A stretch of DNA of 64,000 nt, from positions 71,114,001 to 71,178,000 of the forward strand of contig OX597827.1 in NCBI GenBank assembly GCA_951406725.2, read 5' to 3'. The notes under the pieces are model-generated. The model made no database searches and was not told the origin of the DNA. It saw only the letters and a list, made by a program, of their open reading frames with translations. This document shows, in pieces, positions 12,601-26,400 of the stretch. Position numbers and translations under genes: made by a program. How positions within the stretch are numbered: the first letter of the stretch is position 1; the number at the start of each line of letters is the position of its first letter. The stretch comes from Octopus vulgaris (Eukaryota).

Positions 12601-15600
12601 TTTCATCTTTTCAGGGTCAATAAGATAAGTGCCAGTTGAGCACTAGGGGTCGATTTAATCGACTCTGCTTGCCCCTCCCCCAAAATTGCTGGCCTTGTGC
12701 CAAAATTTGAAATCAATATTGTTGTCAGAAAACTAATTGAAATCTAATTATATCTGCAGGTAACAGTGGATTAACGGAAGCTGCCGTTGCCAAATTGAAT
12801 GCCGCCAACAGCTGCCGAATGGATATTACTGATAATGATAGTGCCAGCATTGGGAAATCCACTTATCAGACATTTGTCACAAACTTCACTGAATGTACAA
12901 ATACAACGTTTGGAAATGTGCACAGGTTGAGGGCAAACAGTGACGCTGTCAGCAAAGAGGTAAGATGCAGTGTGTTTTCTACTATCTATGTCAACATTGG
13001 ACCACATTTTGGCGGCAATGTAGATGACGATGACTGGACGATCGGTGGATTTGGTGACACGATTGGTGAGGGTGACGCCTTTGGTGGTGACGCTGGCAAC
13101 AATGGCTCGGCTGATAATGGTGACAATGAGGAAGACGATGACGATGATGATGATGACAGCAGTGGGGATGAAGATGATGATGAGGAGGAGGAGGATGACG
13201 ACGAAGAGGAGGAGGAAAGTGATTCTGATAATTCTATATTAATCCTGGACAGTGGCGATGAATATTTGGCCAGCGAAGCCGAGAGCTATTCTAACGATGT
13301 GGTTAGCGAGAGTGAAGCTGAAATGAGTGATGGCTAATTTCAAGAAGGAAATTTTGAAAATTCCCCCAAAAAATTTTTTAAACTTGTACTTTTCTGGGGT
13401 TTTTTTACCTAAAAGTTCACCGCCGAGAATTACAGGACACTTTGATGGGGTAACAAAAGGACAGGCATTCCCTGTGCTTGGTGATATGATTGGTAAATGA
13501 AACAGGACACCAGTAATGTTATCTGTGCCGAGCCAGTATATCTGTTTGCATCAACAAAACCCTGATTCCTTATCAAATACGAACGTCGTGGTTTTCAGTA
13601 TTACAGGGAAGTGTAAAAAAATGCATAAATATACCCTTGAATTGGTCGCATTAAGGAGTTTCGTGTCTGCCCGAGTTGTGCACACTGAAGAGGTTATCTC
13701 CCTTGATAGCATTTGCTGCATAAATTACGATGCAAGAAAAACGGATTGAAAATGACATTGCTAACAGTGTGTGTTATGTAAAAATAACAATTTGCTCTCT
13801 CTCTGCACGTTTTGGAATGTGGTTTTCTTAAAAACCAAGATTCATAGTCTCGGTTATGATATAATATGGAACTAAATCCTCTTTGGTTTGTACAAGCGCT
13901 GAGAAGAGTGATTATGGAAGAACGTCAGTAATAAAAAAAAAAAATTTTTTTTTTTAAAAAGCCCCTTTCTTGACCAACTTGGCTGGCATTTGTTTCAATG
14001 AACCCCTAGAACTTTGACAAAAAGCACCTAAGGATTGTTTCACATCAGCATTTCAAACCTTCTTTCGGTACTACTTAAGAAAAGCGGGCCAGGTGCGTGC
14101 ATCCGCGCTAGCTAGTCGTGACTAGTCGATCCTACAATGACTACCTAGCAAAGTAAATAAAACACAAAATAAATAATTTTTTTTACACAAAGTAAATAAT
14201 TTTTTTAAACAAAGTAAAAAAAAAAAAAAAACACAAAGTAAGGATCGACTAGTCACGACTAGCAAGCGCGCACCGGGACCACTCTTCTTCAGTAGCACCC
14301 CTTCTTTCTCTCATATTTTTTAGTTTTATGTTCATGGCTGTTTTGTTATCTTACATTAAATGTTGTGACGATCTTCTTGGTTTGAATATCTCTTTCAGTT
14401 CTATCAAGTATTTCTACATGGATGTAGTTTTTTATGCCAGTTAAATGAATATCGCAACTAGTCTCAGATTTTTTGGAGAAATTGACAAAAAATAATCGGT
14501 GACCTTTTAAAATAGAATTGGGGTGGGGGGGAAATTTTATCCAATCGGATTTATCCATTCTTATCATCCAGCAGACAGTGTTATTTGTACAGAATCATAT
14601 AGTGACCACCTGAAATCGTCTAATGGTTATGGTTTGTGATGTATTACTCTTTTACTTGTTGCAGCCATGCTGGAGCACCGCCTTTAGTTGAGCAATTCGA
14701 CACCAGGACTCATTCTTTGTAAGCCTAGTGCTTATTCTACTGGTCTCTTTTGCCAAACCGCTAAGTTACAGGGATGTAAACACACCAGCATCGGTTGTCA
14801 AGCGATGGTGGGGGAGGGGACAAACATATACACACACATACGTATATATGACGGGCTTCTTTCAGTTTCCATCTACCAAATCTACTCACAAGGCTTTGGT
14901 CAGCCTGAGGCTATAGTAGAAGACACTTGCCCAAAGTGCCACGCAGTGGGACTGAACCCAGAACCATGTGGTTGGTGAGCAAGCTACTAACCACACAGCC
15001 ACTCCTGCCCCTATAATGTATGGCAAAATTTATTTGCAATACATTAGTTTATTACTTTCATCATTTCAGCATCAGTGATTTTGTAATCATCATTTAACCC
15101 TTAATGTCTGTTTTTCCATGCCGTCATGCATTGGATTGTTTGTCAGGATCTGGCAAACCACAGGGTTGCACCGAACTTGAAGGTCAGCTGTGGCTGGATA
15201 CCCAGGAAAAAGGAGAAAGTCTCCTTCCATTAAGTTTTGGGGAGTTTTTGAGAGTGGGGGAGTGGCTTTATAATGTTGTTATTTTTCAAAAACTAAGGCG
15301 CAGGAGTGGCTGTGTGGTAAATAGCTTGTTTACCAACCACATGGTTCTGGGTTCAGTCCCACTGCGTGGCACCTCGGACAAGTGTCTTCTGTTATAGCCT
15401 CGGGCCAACCAAAGCCTTGTGAGTGGATTTGGTAGATGGAAACTGAAACAAGCCTGTCGTATATATGTATGCATGTGTGTGTCTGTGTTTGTCCCCCTAG
15501 CATTGCTGGTGTGTTTATGTCCCTGTTACTTAGCAGTTCGGCAAAAGAGACCCATAGAATAAGTACTGTGCTTACAAAAGAATAAGTCCCGGGGTCGATT

Positions 15601-18600
15601 TGCTCAATTAAAGGCGGTGCTCCAGCATGGCTGCAGTCAAATGACTGAAACAAGTAAAAGAGTAAGAGTAATTTATGATTGCCTTTGTCCCATTTCAAAA
15701 ATGCAGGAAAAAAAAAAGAAAAACTTGACTGTTTCCATGATATCACCATGGTGTGAAGGGAAAAGATGGATCTGATTGGCTAAAAATTACAAAACATTTC
15801 AGTCTTTAACCCTTTAGCAATCAGATTCCTCTGTCAAATGTAACCCTTTTTACTATAGGCACAAGGTCAGAATTTGGGGGTTGGGTAGTCAATTACTTTG
15901 ACCCCAGTACTTAACTAGTACTTAATTTATCAACCCCGAAGGGCTGAAAGGTAAAGTCTACCTCGGCGGAATTTAAACTGCTTATTCATTCACATTGTTT
16001 TGAATTAATCATGGATTATCTCCTTGGCTTTGAGACTTTGATGATGTGATTGTTTGTTTTTTTAAAATGACATTGTAGGGTAGGTGTGAGAGGCCAGGCC
16101 TGGCTCGGTTTTAACAGAACAGGTTAAATATTTGGGTTGGATGTGACCAGTTTAAATATTAAAAGGTTAAACACTCAGAACTGTTTTATTATTAATTTCT
16201 CAAAAAAAGGTTGTGATTTTCATAACTGGCGCAAAAAAAAAAAAGCAACATTTTCATCCTTTATGTTCGGTGCTTAGTCTATTGGTCTTTTTTTTACCAA
16301 ATTACTAAATGTGGTTTAAACAAACCAACACCTATTGTCAGGTGGGGGTGGCAAGCACAAAGACAGGCTTCCGCAGTTTCTGTCTACCAGATTCACTTAC
16401 AAGGCAGTGGTCATCTGGAACTGTATTAGCAGACACTTGCCCAAGGTGGCACGCAGTGGGACTGAACTTGAGAGCACATGTTCGCAAACCAAGCCATAAC
16501 TGTGGAGAAATTTTCAGTAAAATCAGAAGAGGTAGTTCCAAGCCAAAAAGATCCTTTTGTACTATTCTTACTTGTTTTTTTTTTATTTTTGTTTTTTTTT
16601 TCTCTCTAAGCTTTGTCCCCCAAGAAACTGGTAAATTATTCTCTTGATGTTGAGAAATAAACATGTATAACCCTTGACACATGAATTATTTTATAAATAC
16701 TCTTGTGTTGTGCATGTGTGTCGTACAGCTTTTGTGGTACATGTTTTTGTCTCGTGCATGTAGGTCATGTCCTTTACACGAGATGTGTTGTATTCAATAT
16801 CTCTGTATTATAGATATCTTTATATATATAAAATTGAAGTTGTGTGTGTGAGACTCTGTCTCCTCTGATTTAGATTCCTAACTACTCCCACATTTTGCGG
16901 TGCAGTTTAACCAAAAGCGGGTATCTTATAGTCGTCATTCATATCGAGCCCTTCTGGGTATTAGCGCGCGTCTACGATTTAAAAAAAAAATTTACCATCA
17001 TTTTTCCGCATTCTTAATGATTTTTGCTCAGTTTATATAAGGGAAGTAACTCTCTAAAAATGCTTATATAGTTATTTCCCTTACAAACCCGAGCAATGCC
17101 GGGCGATACTGATTGTTGAGTATAAATTCTCTCGTGTAAATGGAGAAAGCTGGCAAATGGATAGCAATGTCAATTCAAATTTGTGTGTGGTGTGCAAGAG
17201 AGAAGACTGCTGGTATGGTCTTATGATGCCTATGGACAAGGACAGCTATATAAAGATGTGCCAATCTCCAATTGTTGAAGGAACCGGTGGAAGAGGTAGA
17301 CCCAGGAAGATGTGGGACAAGGTGGTGAAATATCTTTGGTTGTTGAGTCTCACGGAGGCAACGACAAGCAACCAAGGCTTCTAGCGATTTATTGTGTCAA
17401 GCTAAGTAAAATCAAGGCCATGGCCAGTGCCGATGACACATAAAAGACACCCAGTATACTGTGTAGGGTGGTTGGCGTTAGGAAGGACATCCAGCTATAG
17501 ACACCATGCCAAAGCAGGCTGGAGCCTCATGCAGCTCTCTGGCTACCAGCTCCAGTCAAACTGTCTGACCCATACCAGCATGGAAAACAGATGTTAAATG
17601 ATAACATACACACACACACACACACTATTCTGGGTGTTAAAAAGTTTTCTGGTTCTTCATTTAGTATCTCAACTTCCTTAAGTTTATCCATTACAACTAT
17701 ATATCTGGTGTATATTGTGTTAGTTTTCATCTTACTGTTTCCTTACATAAGTTCAAAGTGGGCTGGATATATTTAAATATATATCCTTAGAAAAATCTAA
17801 CCTAATAGTTTACCTCAATGATTTTCAATTACTTTAAGTAATGTTGGGACCCATTGGTTAAATCCATTGCAAGGCAAGTTGCCCAAGTGTCTTCTATGAA
17901 AGTCTCAGGCCGAATAAAGCCCTGTAGGTGAATTTGGTAGATGAAAGTTGAAAGAAGATTGTATATGTTTATATATAAGAATTTTTTTGTGTAATACGAT
18001 AAAAAAAACCCAAGGCTTTTTATCTTATTAAGCAAATAATTCTTATATACACACGCTGACATAGAACCAACGTTGAACCCTTTGTTCACAATATTACCGA
18101 ATATGGAACTTAACTATGATCTGTCTATAGCACTTATTCACCATTAGCTGACACCTTTGGGTCTCAATGACACTATTATCTCTTATATATAAGGACCCAC
18201 TACACTCAGAGTGGTTGGCGTTAGGAAGGGCATCCAGCTGTAGAAACATTGCCAGATAAGACTGGAGCCTGGTGCAGCCTTCTGGCTTCCCAAATCCCAG
18301 GTCGAACCATCCAACCCATGCTAGCATGGAGAACAGACGTTAAACGATGATGATGATATATATATTGTTTAGTTATGAATGGATGTTGCTCTCATACAAG
18401 CCTTGTCATTTGTTTCCAATATTTATTTCTTTATTGCCCACAGAGGGCTAAACATAGAGGGGACAGACAAGGGGATTAAGTCAATTATATCGACCCCAGT
18501 GATTTACTGGTACTTATTTAATCGACCCCGAAAGGATGAAAGGCAAAGTCGACCTCGGCGGAATTTGAACTCAGAGTGTAGTGGCAGACGAAATACCGCT

Positions 18601-21600
18601 AGGCATTTCGCCCGGCGTGCTAACGTTTCTTCTGCATAAACATGTCCAGCCATGGGGAATTATTACTTTGTTTGATGTGTCTGTGTCAGGAAGGGCATCT
18701 GGCCATATTTAAATCTTGTTGTAATAAATTGTTCGACCCATGCAAGCATGGAAAGGTGGACATGAGAGCAATATATATTGTAGTTTCCAGCTTGAAATTG
18801 CTGAAACCAAAGCTCTGACTGGCTTACACTTATTGTCTGATCGCTATATACTACATTAATATTCCTCACACTTTCCGTTGCGTTGTTGCCTTTATTGAAC
18901 TCAGAAAGCAAAATATGCCAAATATACTTCTTTGTCACTTCCATTATAACTTTGAAAAAAATAACTGTTAAAAATCGAACTGCACTCTTCAAAACTTGCA
19001 CCAAGAATAAGAGCATGGTAAAATTACTACCTGCTTTTATAGCAAGTTGATGTAGGTAGTTTATCCTGTCCCCCTTTGACTTTTAGTTCATGCAGTTGAA
19101 AAAAACGCATTGCTTACAGGATGACCCAATATATATATAGATAGATGATAAGCGGCTTTCTTTATTATAATGCAGATGTGACTAATTCGGAGAAACATTA
19201 CTTTCATTATTTGCACACCGTCGCTCTCGTAATGCAACACTTTGTAATTTTGGTTCAAAATGAAAGTGTGAAACTATTTTCACTTTCTAATGAAATCTGG
19301 TCATTGTAGAGCATTGCCTTTCAAATAAAGCTGGTTGTTGAGATAACGTGGAAAGTATGTAAATGAAAATAAAGTTTATTTGGTAGCTGAAAGATTACTG
19401 AATCTTTTGATACCCCATAAGCCACACGCACATACAAACTCTCTTTTATTATATATATAAATTGAGATAAAGGAGGCAGTCAGAATTTTAGATAATTCTT
19501 TATTAATGCTTATATTCATTAACCAAATTCTTCAAGACAAAAATTAAAAAACAAAATTTTCGTCTTGAAGAGTCCGTCTATCAACCGAAAGCTCTAATAA
19601 AGAATTATCCAAAATTCTGACTGCCTCCTTTTTCTCAATATACAGTATCTGTACATACATACATATATATATATATGTATGTAACTAGCAGCTAAGCCCA
19701 GTTTCACCTGGTCTCTTTGGATGATGTGGCTGTGATCGTTTTCGGTTAGGCATAATCTATAACAGCATTTGTCAACCTTATCATTTCGGGTCCCCTGTTT
19801 CGATTGGAGCCTCCAGCTATACAAAAAATTTCCTGACCCCACCCTCGTCAGAAAACAGCTTCTAAACAACTGGTTGTTTTGATGGCAGAAGAAAGAGGGA
19901 AATTCCATTAGAAAAAGTTTTAATCGGTTTTTCTCAGTAAGTTTGGGGATTAGGAAAAAACAACAAACTGCATTCCAATCTATGCACCCGTCTCTACATG
20001 TGTGCCATTTTTCATGCGAATCCACCCAGCCGTTTGGCTGTGAACCTCAAGACAGGAAGGAATACAACGATCGCCCATGTCCAATTTATATTATAGATTT
20101 GTATAGCTGTCCTATATATTTCTTCATTATTCACAATAGTAATATCAACAGTACTATTGAATGAAGATTGTAAATTTCCACCTATGAGTCTGAGAATATT
20201 ATTTCGTTGAACTTTAATCTTAGTGAACCTTGCTCAAATGTTGTTGCCATTGCTATTGTGTTAACCTCCATGTCAGATGTACAAACCTCTGACCAGAGGT
20301 ATACTCTCTACTCTACTCTTTTACTTGTTTCAGTCATTTGACTGCGGCCATGCTGGAGCACCACCTTTAGCCGAGCAAATCAACCCCGGTACTTATTCTT
20401 TGTAAGCCCAGTACTTATTCTATCGGTCTCTTTTTGCCGAACCGCTAAGTGACAGGGACGTAAACACACCAGCATCTGTTGTCAAACGATGGTGGTGGGG
20501 GGACAAACATACACACACATACATATATACGACAGGCTTCTTTCAGTTTCCTTCTACCAAATCCACTCACGAGGCTTTGGTCGGCCCGAGGCTATAGCAG
20601 AAGACATTTGCCCAAGATGCCACGCAGTGGGACTGAACCCGGAACCATGTGGTTGGTAAGCAAGCTACTTACCACACAGCCACTCCTGCGCCTAGTAATG
20701 TCTTTTATTCAGACACAATATATCTAGGACTTCATCAACCAGTGTATCATTTTTTTTTTCTTCTTCTTAAGACACCAGAATGTTATTCAAAGAAAATGAA
20801 GCAGTTTGGTTGATTTTGAAGCCCTCGGCCAAGTAATTAGTCATGGAACAATTATCAAACTGTAGTTTATATCTAAAGCATTTTTATCTTTTTCCTTTTC
20901 TGTCATTAGAATGTGGCCATGTTGGGGCTCAACTGTGAAGAATTTCTTTTAGTTGAATGAATCAATTTTTAAGCCTGGTATTTATTCTATCAGTCCATTT
21001 TGCCAAACTGCTAAGTTATGCACCAACACTGGTTGTCAAATACAGGCACAAAGACACAGACACACACACAGAGGATTCTTTCAGTTTCCATCTACCAGAT
21101 CCACTCACAAGACTTTGTTTGGACTGAGGCTGCAGTAGAAGACACTTGCCCGAATTACTGTGCAGTGGGAATGAACCCAGACTCCTGTGGTTGAGAAGCA
21201 AGCTTCTTACCACACAGCCATCCCTGCAGCTGTAGTTTTTGTCTAAAGCATTCAATTATTTACTGTTTCTGGATGAAAAGTAAAACATTATTTCGTGTAT
21301 TTATGTGGAGTTTGACTTGGACTGGAACTTTTATTCATATGTTGAGTTGTCCAACTAAACCTTTCAAGATAGTGCCCCAGCATGACCACAGTCCAAATAC
21401 TGAAACAAGTAAAAGATGTGTGTATGTTTGTGCGTACACCCTTGTCTTGACATCATGTGATAGTTGTAAATGAGCATCACCATCCTACATGCGAGGTTGT
21501 TTGTTTCCAATGGCGAAAGCGATGTGGTGGACAACGAAAAACCTGGCTGATGACAGTCAAGGCTGATCTGGAACCCAACCTAAGCCCCCATATCTACAGC

Positions 21601-23432
21601 GTTCGCCGCTGGAATAGGGAGTGGTTGGAGATCACGTGGTCGTTAGCCTCAAATCGCCAGGCCTGGTCGGCGTTTGTGAGAGATGCCGCATTGAGGATGA
21701 ATGAAGCTAGCTCAACCCACCCCGGGTGAATGCTATCTCAGAACAAGACAGGTTTGTTTCCAGTCTTCCATGAAAAACATGTCAGGCCATAATCATCATC
21801 ATCATCATTTAGCGTCTGCTTTCCATGCTGGCATGGGTTGGACGGTTTAACTCAGGACTGGTGAGCCAGATGGCTGCACCAGGCTCAATCTAATCTGACA
21901 AAGTTTCTACAGCTGGATGCCCTTCCTAATGCCAACCACTCCAAGAGCATAGTGGGTGCTTTTATGTTCCACAGACACGGGGGGTCAGTCAGGCAGTTCT
22001 GGCAACGACCACGCTCAAAAGGTGTTTTTACATGCTACCTGCACAGGAGCCAGTCCGGCAGCACTGGAAACATCCATGCTCGAATATTGTTTTCCATGTG
22101 CCGGTAAGGCAATGCTGGCAGCGATCATGCTTGAATGGTGCTTTTCACATGTCACCGGCGCGGGAGCCAATCCGTGGCCCTGGCAACGATCACGCTCAGA
22201 TGGTTAATCAATATATTTGAACCAAAGGTTGTAGACATTTTAGGAGTGTGAAAAGGAGGAAAATATAGAATTTAGAGACAAAGATTTTTTACTTATGACC
22301 AATATAATGAAATGTTATTTTTGGAAATAGGTGAGGGTTAGTGACAGAAAGAGCATCCAGTCATAAAAACCTGCCTCAACAAATTTCAACTGATCCATGC
22401 AGGCTTAGAATAGTGGATGGATGTTAAATGATGATGACTGAAAAATAATTATTGATGTATATAAATCACCAGAAACTGAATTATGGAGTGGCTGTGTGGT
22501 AAGTAGCTTGTTTACCAACCACATGGTTCCGGGTTCGTTCCCACTGCGTGGCACCTTGGGCAAGTGTCTTCTACTATAGCCTCAGGCCGACCAAAGCTTT
22601 GTAAGTGGATTTGGTAGACGGAAACTGAAAGAAGCCCGTCGTATATATGTATGTGTGTGTATATGTTTGTGTGTCTGTGTTTGTCCCCCTAGCATTGCTT
22701 GACAACCGATACAGGTGTGTTTATGTCCCCCGTCACTTAGCGGTTCAGCAAAAGAGACCGATAGAATAAATACTGGGCTTACAAAGAATAAGTCCCGGGG
22801 TCGAGTTGCTCGATTAAAGGCGGTGCTCCAGCATGGCCACAGTCAAATGACTGAAACAAGTAAAAGAGTAAGAGAGAATATCTCTCATTAATTCATCTTG
22901 ATATTTAGAGGTGTTAACGTTTTGAGGCTTGGAAGAATTCATCTGGTGTTTCATTTTGGTACAAGGCCAAAAATTTTGTTGGGTAGGTGGTAAGTCAATT
23001 GCATTGACTCCTGTGATCAACTGGTACTTACTTTAATTGACCCCAAAAGGATGAAAGACAAAATCAACCTTGCTAGAATTTGAACTCGGAATGTAAGGTC
23101 AAGCAAAATGCCACATGTGCACAAACACACACACACGTATATATTTTTATTTGTTTCAGTCATTGACTGCGGCCATGCTGGAGCACCGCCTTTAGTTGAG
23201 CAAATTGACCCCAGGACTTATTCTATCGGTCTCTTTTGCTGAACCACTAAGTTACAGGGATATAAACACACACACACACACATTCAGTTTTTGTCTACCA
23301 AATCCACTCTCAAGGCTTTGGTCGGCCCAAGGATATAGCAAGAAGACACTTGCCCAAGGTGTCACGCAGTGGGATTGAACCCAGAACCATGTGGTTGGTA
23401 AGCAATCTACTTACCACACAGTCACTCCTGCA

Positions 23433-23472
<40 letters not shown>

Positions 23473-26400
23473 CATACATATATATATACACATACATACA
23501 CAATGGGCTTCTTTCAGTTTTCTTCTAAATAAACTGTGTCCAATCTATGAGTGTGAAAAAGTGGGCATTAACACTTTAGCATTCAGATTTCTTTGTCAAA
23601 TGTATTGCTAATTTATTCATATTGTTTTGAATTAGTCAAGCATCATCTTCTAGCTTCAAGGTCTCAATGGTATGTTTTTATATTTTTAGAATGACATAGG
23701 TGTGTGAGGTTGGACCTGGCCAGATTAAATGCCAAAGGGTTAACACAATGATGATAATCTCAGCAGGATCTGAACTGAGAGCACATATACACTAAACAAA
23801 TATGGCAAGGCATTTGTGTCTAGCCAGGTTACAACTCCACCAATTCACAACTCTAGAAAGCAACCTGAGCACTTCACCTTTGTTGAGGTCAATAGTCTTT
23901 ATATCTTTAGGTTAATCAATGCAGATATTCTAAAAGACATCCTGCTACTAAGTAAAAAGCTGTAACACTTAATTGTTGTATCAGCTATTTGCTTTAGAAA
24001 CAAAATTTCTTCAGTATGCATAGGCGTGGCCTTGTGGTTCAAAAGAGCCCAGATCCTACCTCTTGTGTCTATCCTATGATGTCATTCTAAAAATAAATAC
24101 ATGCATCATCAAAATCTCAAAGTTAACAGATAATGCATAGTTCAAAACAATGTGAATAAATAAGCATCGATTTGACAGAATAATCTGAATGCTAAAGGGT
24201 TAATAGGACAAAGGATCTGTTCAGACTAAAGCCTGACTTAATAAAATCCTCAACAAAGCAAGAAATGATGTGTTTACTGTTGTTGCTTTCATAATTACAG
24301 TAGCAAGGTCTCTTAATAGAAAGGCCATAGAATATGTGGGTTATATAAACAGATCTCTGGAGATAAGCTGTGACTGTGAAGACCCAACAAATTACGTGAG
24401 TCCATAGCTGTTTCCTGCACCAGTTTCACATAGCAGCCCCAGCCCATCCAAAGAACCTTGGATCGTAGGGTGACCTGCTGTGCTTGAGGTGACCTATTGA
24501 GTCAAGTACATCAACATCAAAATAAAAAATCAAATGGAAATTGTAGTTGTGATACCTGTGCCAGTGACACGCTTGACTGGCTTCCGTGCCGGTGGTACGT
24601 AAAAAGCACCCACTACACTTATGGGGTGGTTGGTGCTAAGAAGGGCATCCAGCTGTAGAAACACTGCCAGATCAGACTGGAGCCTGGTGCAGCCTCCTGG
24701 CTTCCCAGACCCCGGTTGAACCGTCCAACCCATGCTAACATGAAAAAACGGATGTTAAACAATGATGATGGTGAGGACTTGATAGTACTTAAAGTAGTGG
24801 TTCCCAAAGTGGGCGGTACTGCCCCACCTGGGGGAAGTGGAAAGTTCCAAGGGGTCGTTGACAAAAAATGGGGTGATAACTGTGTAGCTAAAAAGGGGCA
24901 ATTTGTGTAAAAACAAAATGATAGGTTAATTAGGTTATGTTTTATTTGTGAAATGAAGCTGTTTTGAATTTGCTTCAGAAAGAGGTTTGTGGGGGGGGGG
25001 TAGGAAAGTGGCCTGGGTGCGAAGGGGGTTGCAGCCCGAAATAGTTTGGGAACCAATGACTTTATATTATATATATATATTTATATATAGGGCCAGTGGC
25101 ACGTAAAAAGCACCAACCGATCATTGCCGTTGCCAGCCTCCTCTGGCCCCTGTGCCACATGTGGTTGGTAAGCCAGCTACTTACCACACAGCCACAACTT
25201 TTACAAAAAAACTCTATGAATTCCGAAGGACCACATCAACCCTGGTTGAGAACCACTACTCCAGAGATTTGTTTAAACCGGCTGTATCAGGCCCAAATAT
25301 TCTACACATTTTATGCTCAAACTGGCCAGAACATGCATCTCACACCTACCCTGCAATGTCACTCCAAAAATAAGCAATTACATCTTTCCTATCTTGAAGG
25401 TACAAAATGATATCAGATAAATTTTTTTAAATGTGAATAAATAAGGGTTACTTTTGACAAATTAATCTGAACGCTAAAGGGTTAAGCAAGGAGCACATTT
25501 ACTGAAAAGGGTTGATCTTGAGAAAACAGTTTCCCCAGTATTCTTGTGAACTGATTGTAGAGAAGGGTCTTATTTGTAATGAAACCAGGCTCTTCATCTG
25601 TGTACCTTATCAAGCAAACCTCTCCACATATGAGTCTACAACAAACAGTGAAGAAACAGGCGCAGGAGTGGCCGTGTGGTAAGTAGCTTGCTAACCAACC
25701 ACATGGTTCCGGGTTCAGTCCCACTGCGTGGCATCTTGGGCAAGTGTCTTCTGCTATAGCCCCGAGCCGACCAAAGACTTGTGAGTGGATTTGGTAGACG
25801 GAAACTGAAAGAAGCCTGTCGTATATATGTATATATATATGTGTGTGTGTGTGTTTGTCCCCCTAGCATTGCTTGACAACCGATGCTGGTGTGTTTATGT
25901 CCCCGTCACTTAGTGGTTCGGCAAAAGAGACCGGTAGAATAAGTACTGGGCTTACAAAGAATAAGTCCCGGGGTCGACTTGCTCGACTAAAGGTGGTGCT
26001 CCAGCATGGCCGCAGTCAAATGACTGAAACAAGTAAAAGAATAAATAAAAAAAAGAAAGAAAAAGAATAAAAACTAAAGGCTTTTGTTGGGCCTAATTTA
26101 GGTAAAGTTATGTTATATTTTTTACTTGTTTGTCATTGAGCTGTAGCCATGCTGGAGCAGTCTTAAAGGGTTTAGTTGAACAAATCCACCTCAATAATTA
26201 TTTTCAAAGTCTGGTTCTTATCCTATCGGTCTCTTTTGCTGAACAGCTAATTTGCAGGGATGTAAACAAACCAACACCAGTCGTCAGGTAATTAGTGATA
26301 TGGCTTCAGCAAGTAGCTTGGAAGGATTTACATTTGAAGATTTACATAGTGTAGAGCAGAAAAAGTAATTATAGTGAGTTGTCTTTGCATGATACCTGTG

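Noticed and set aside
25659-25735. tRNA gene
   Set aside because: A/B boxes belong to a SINE head; no full cloverleaf
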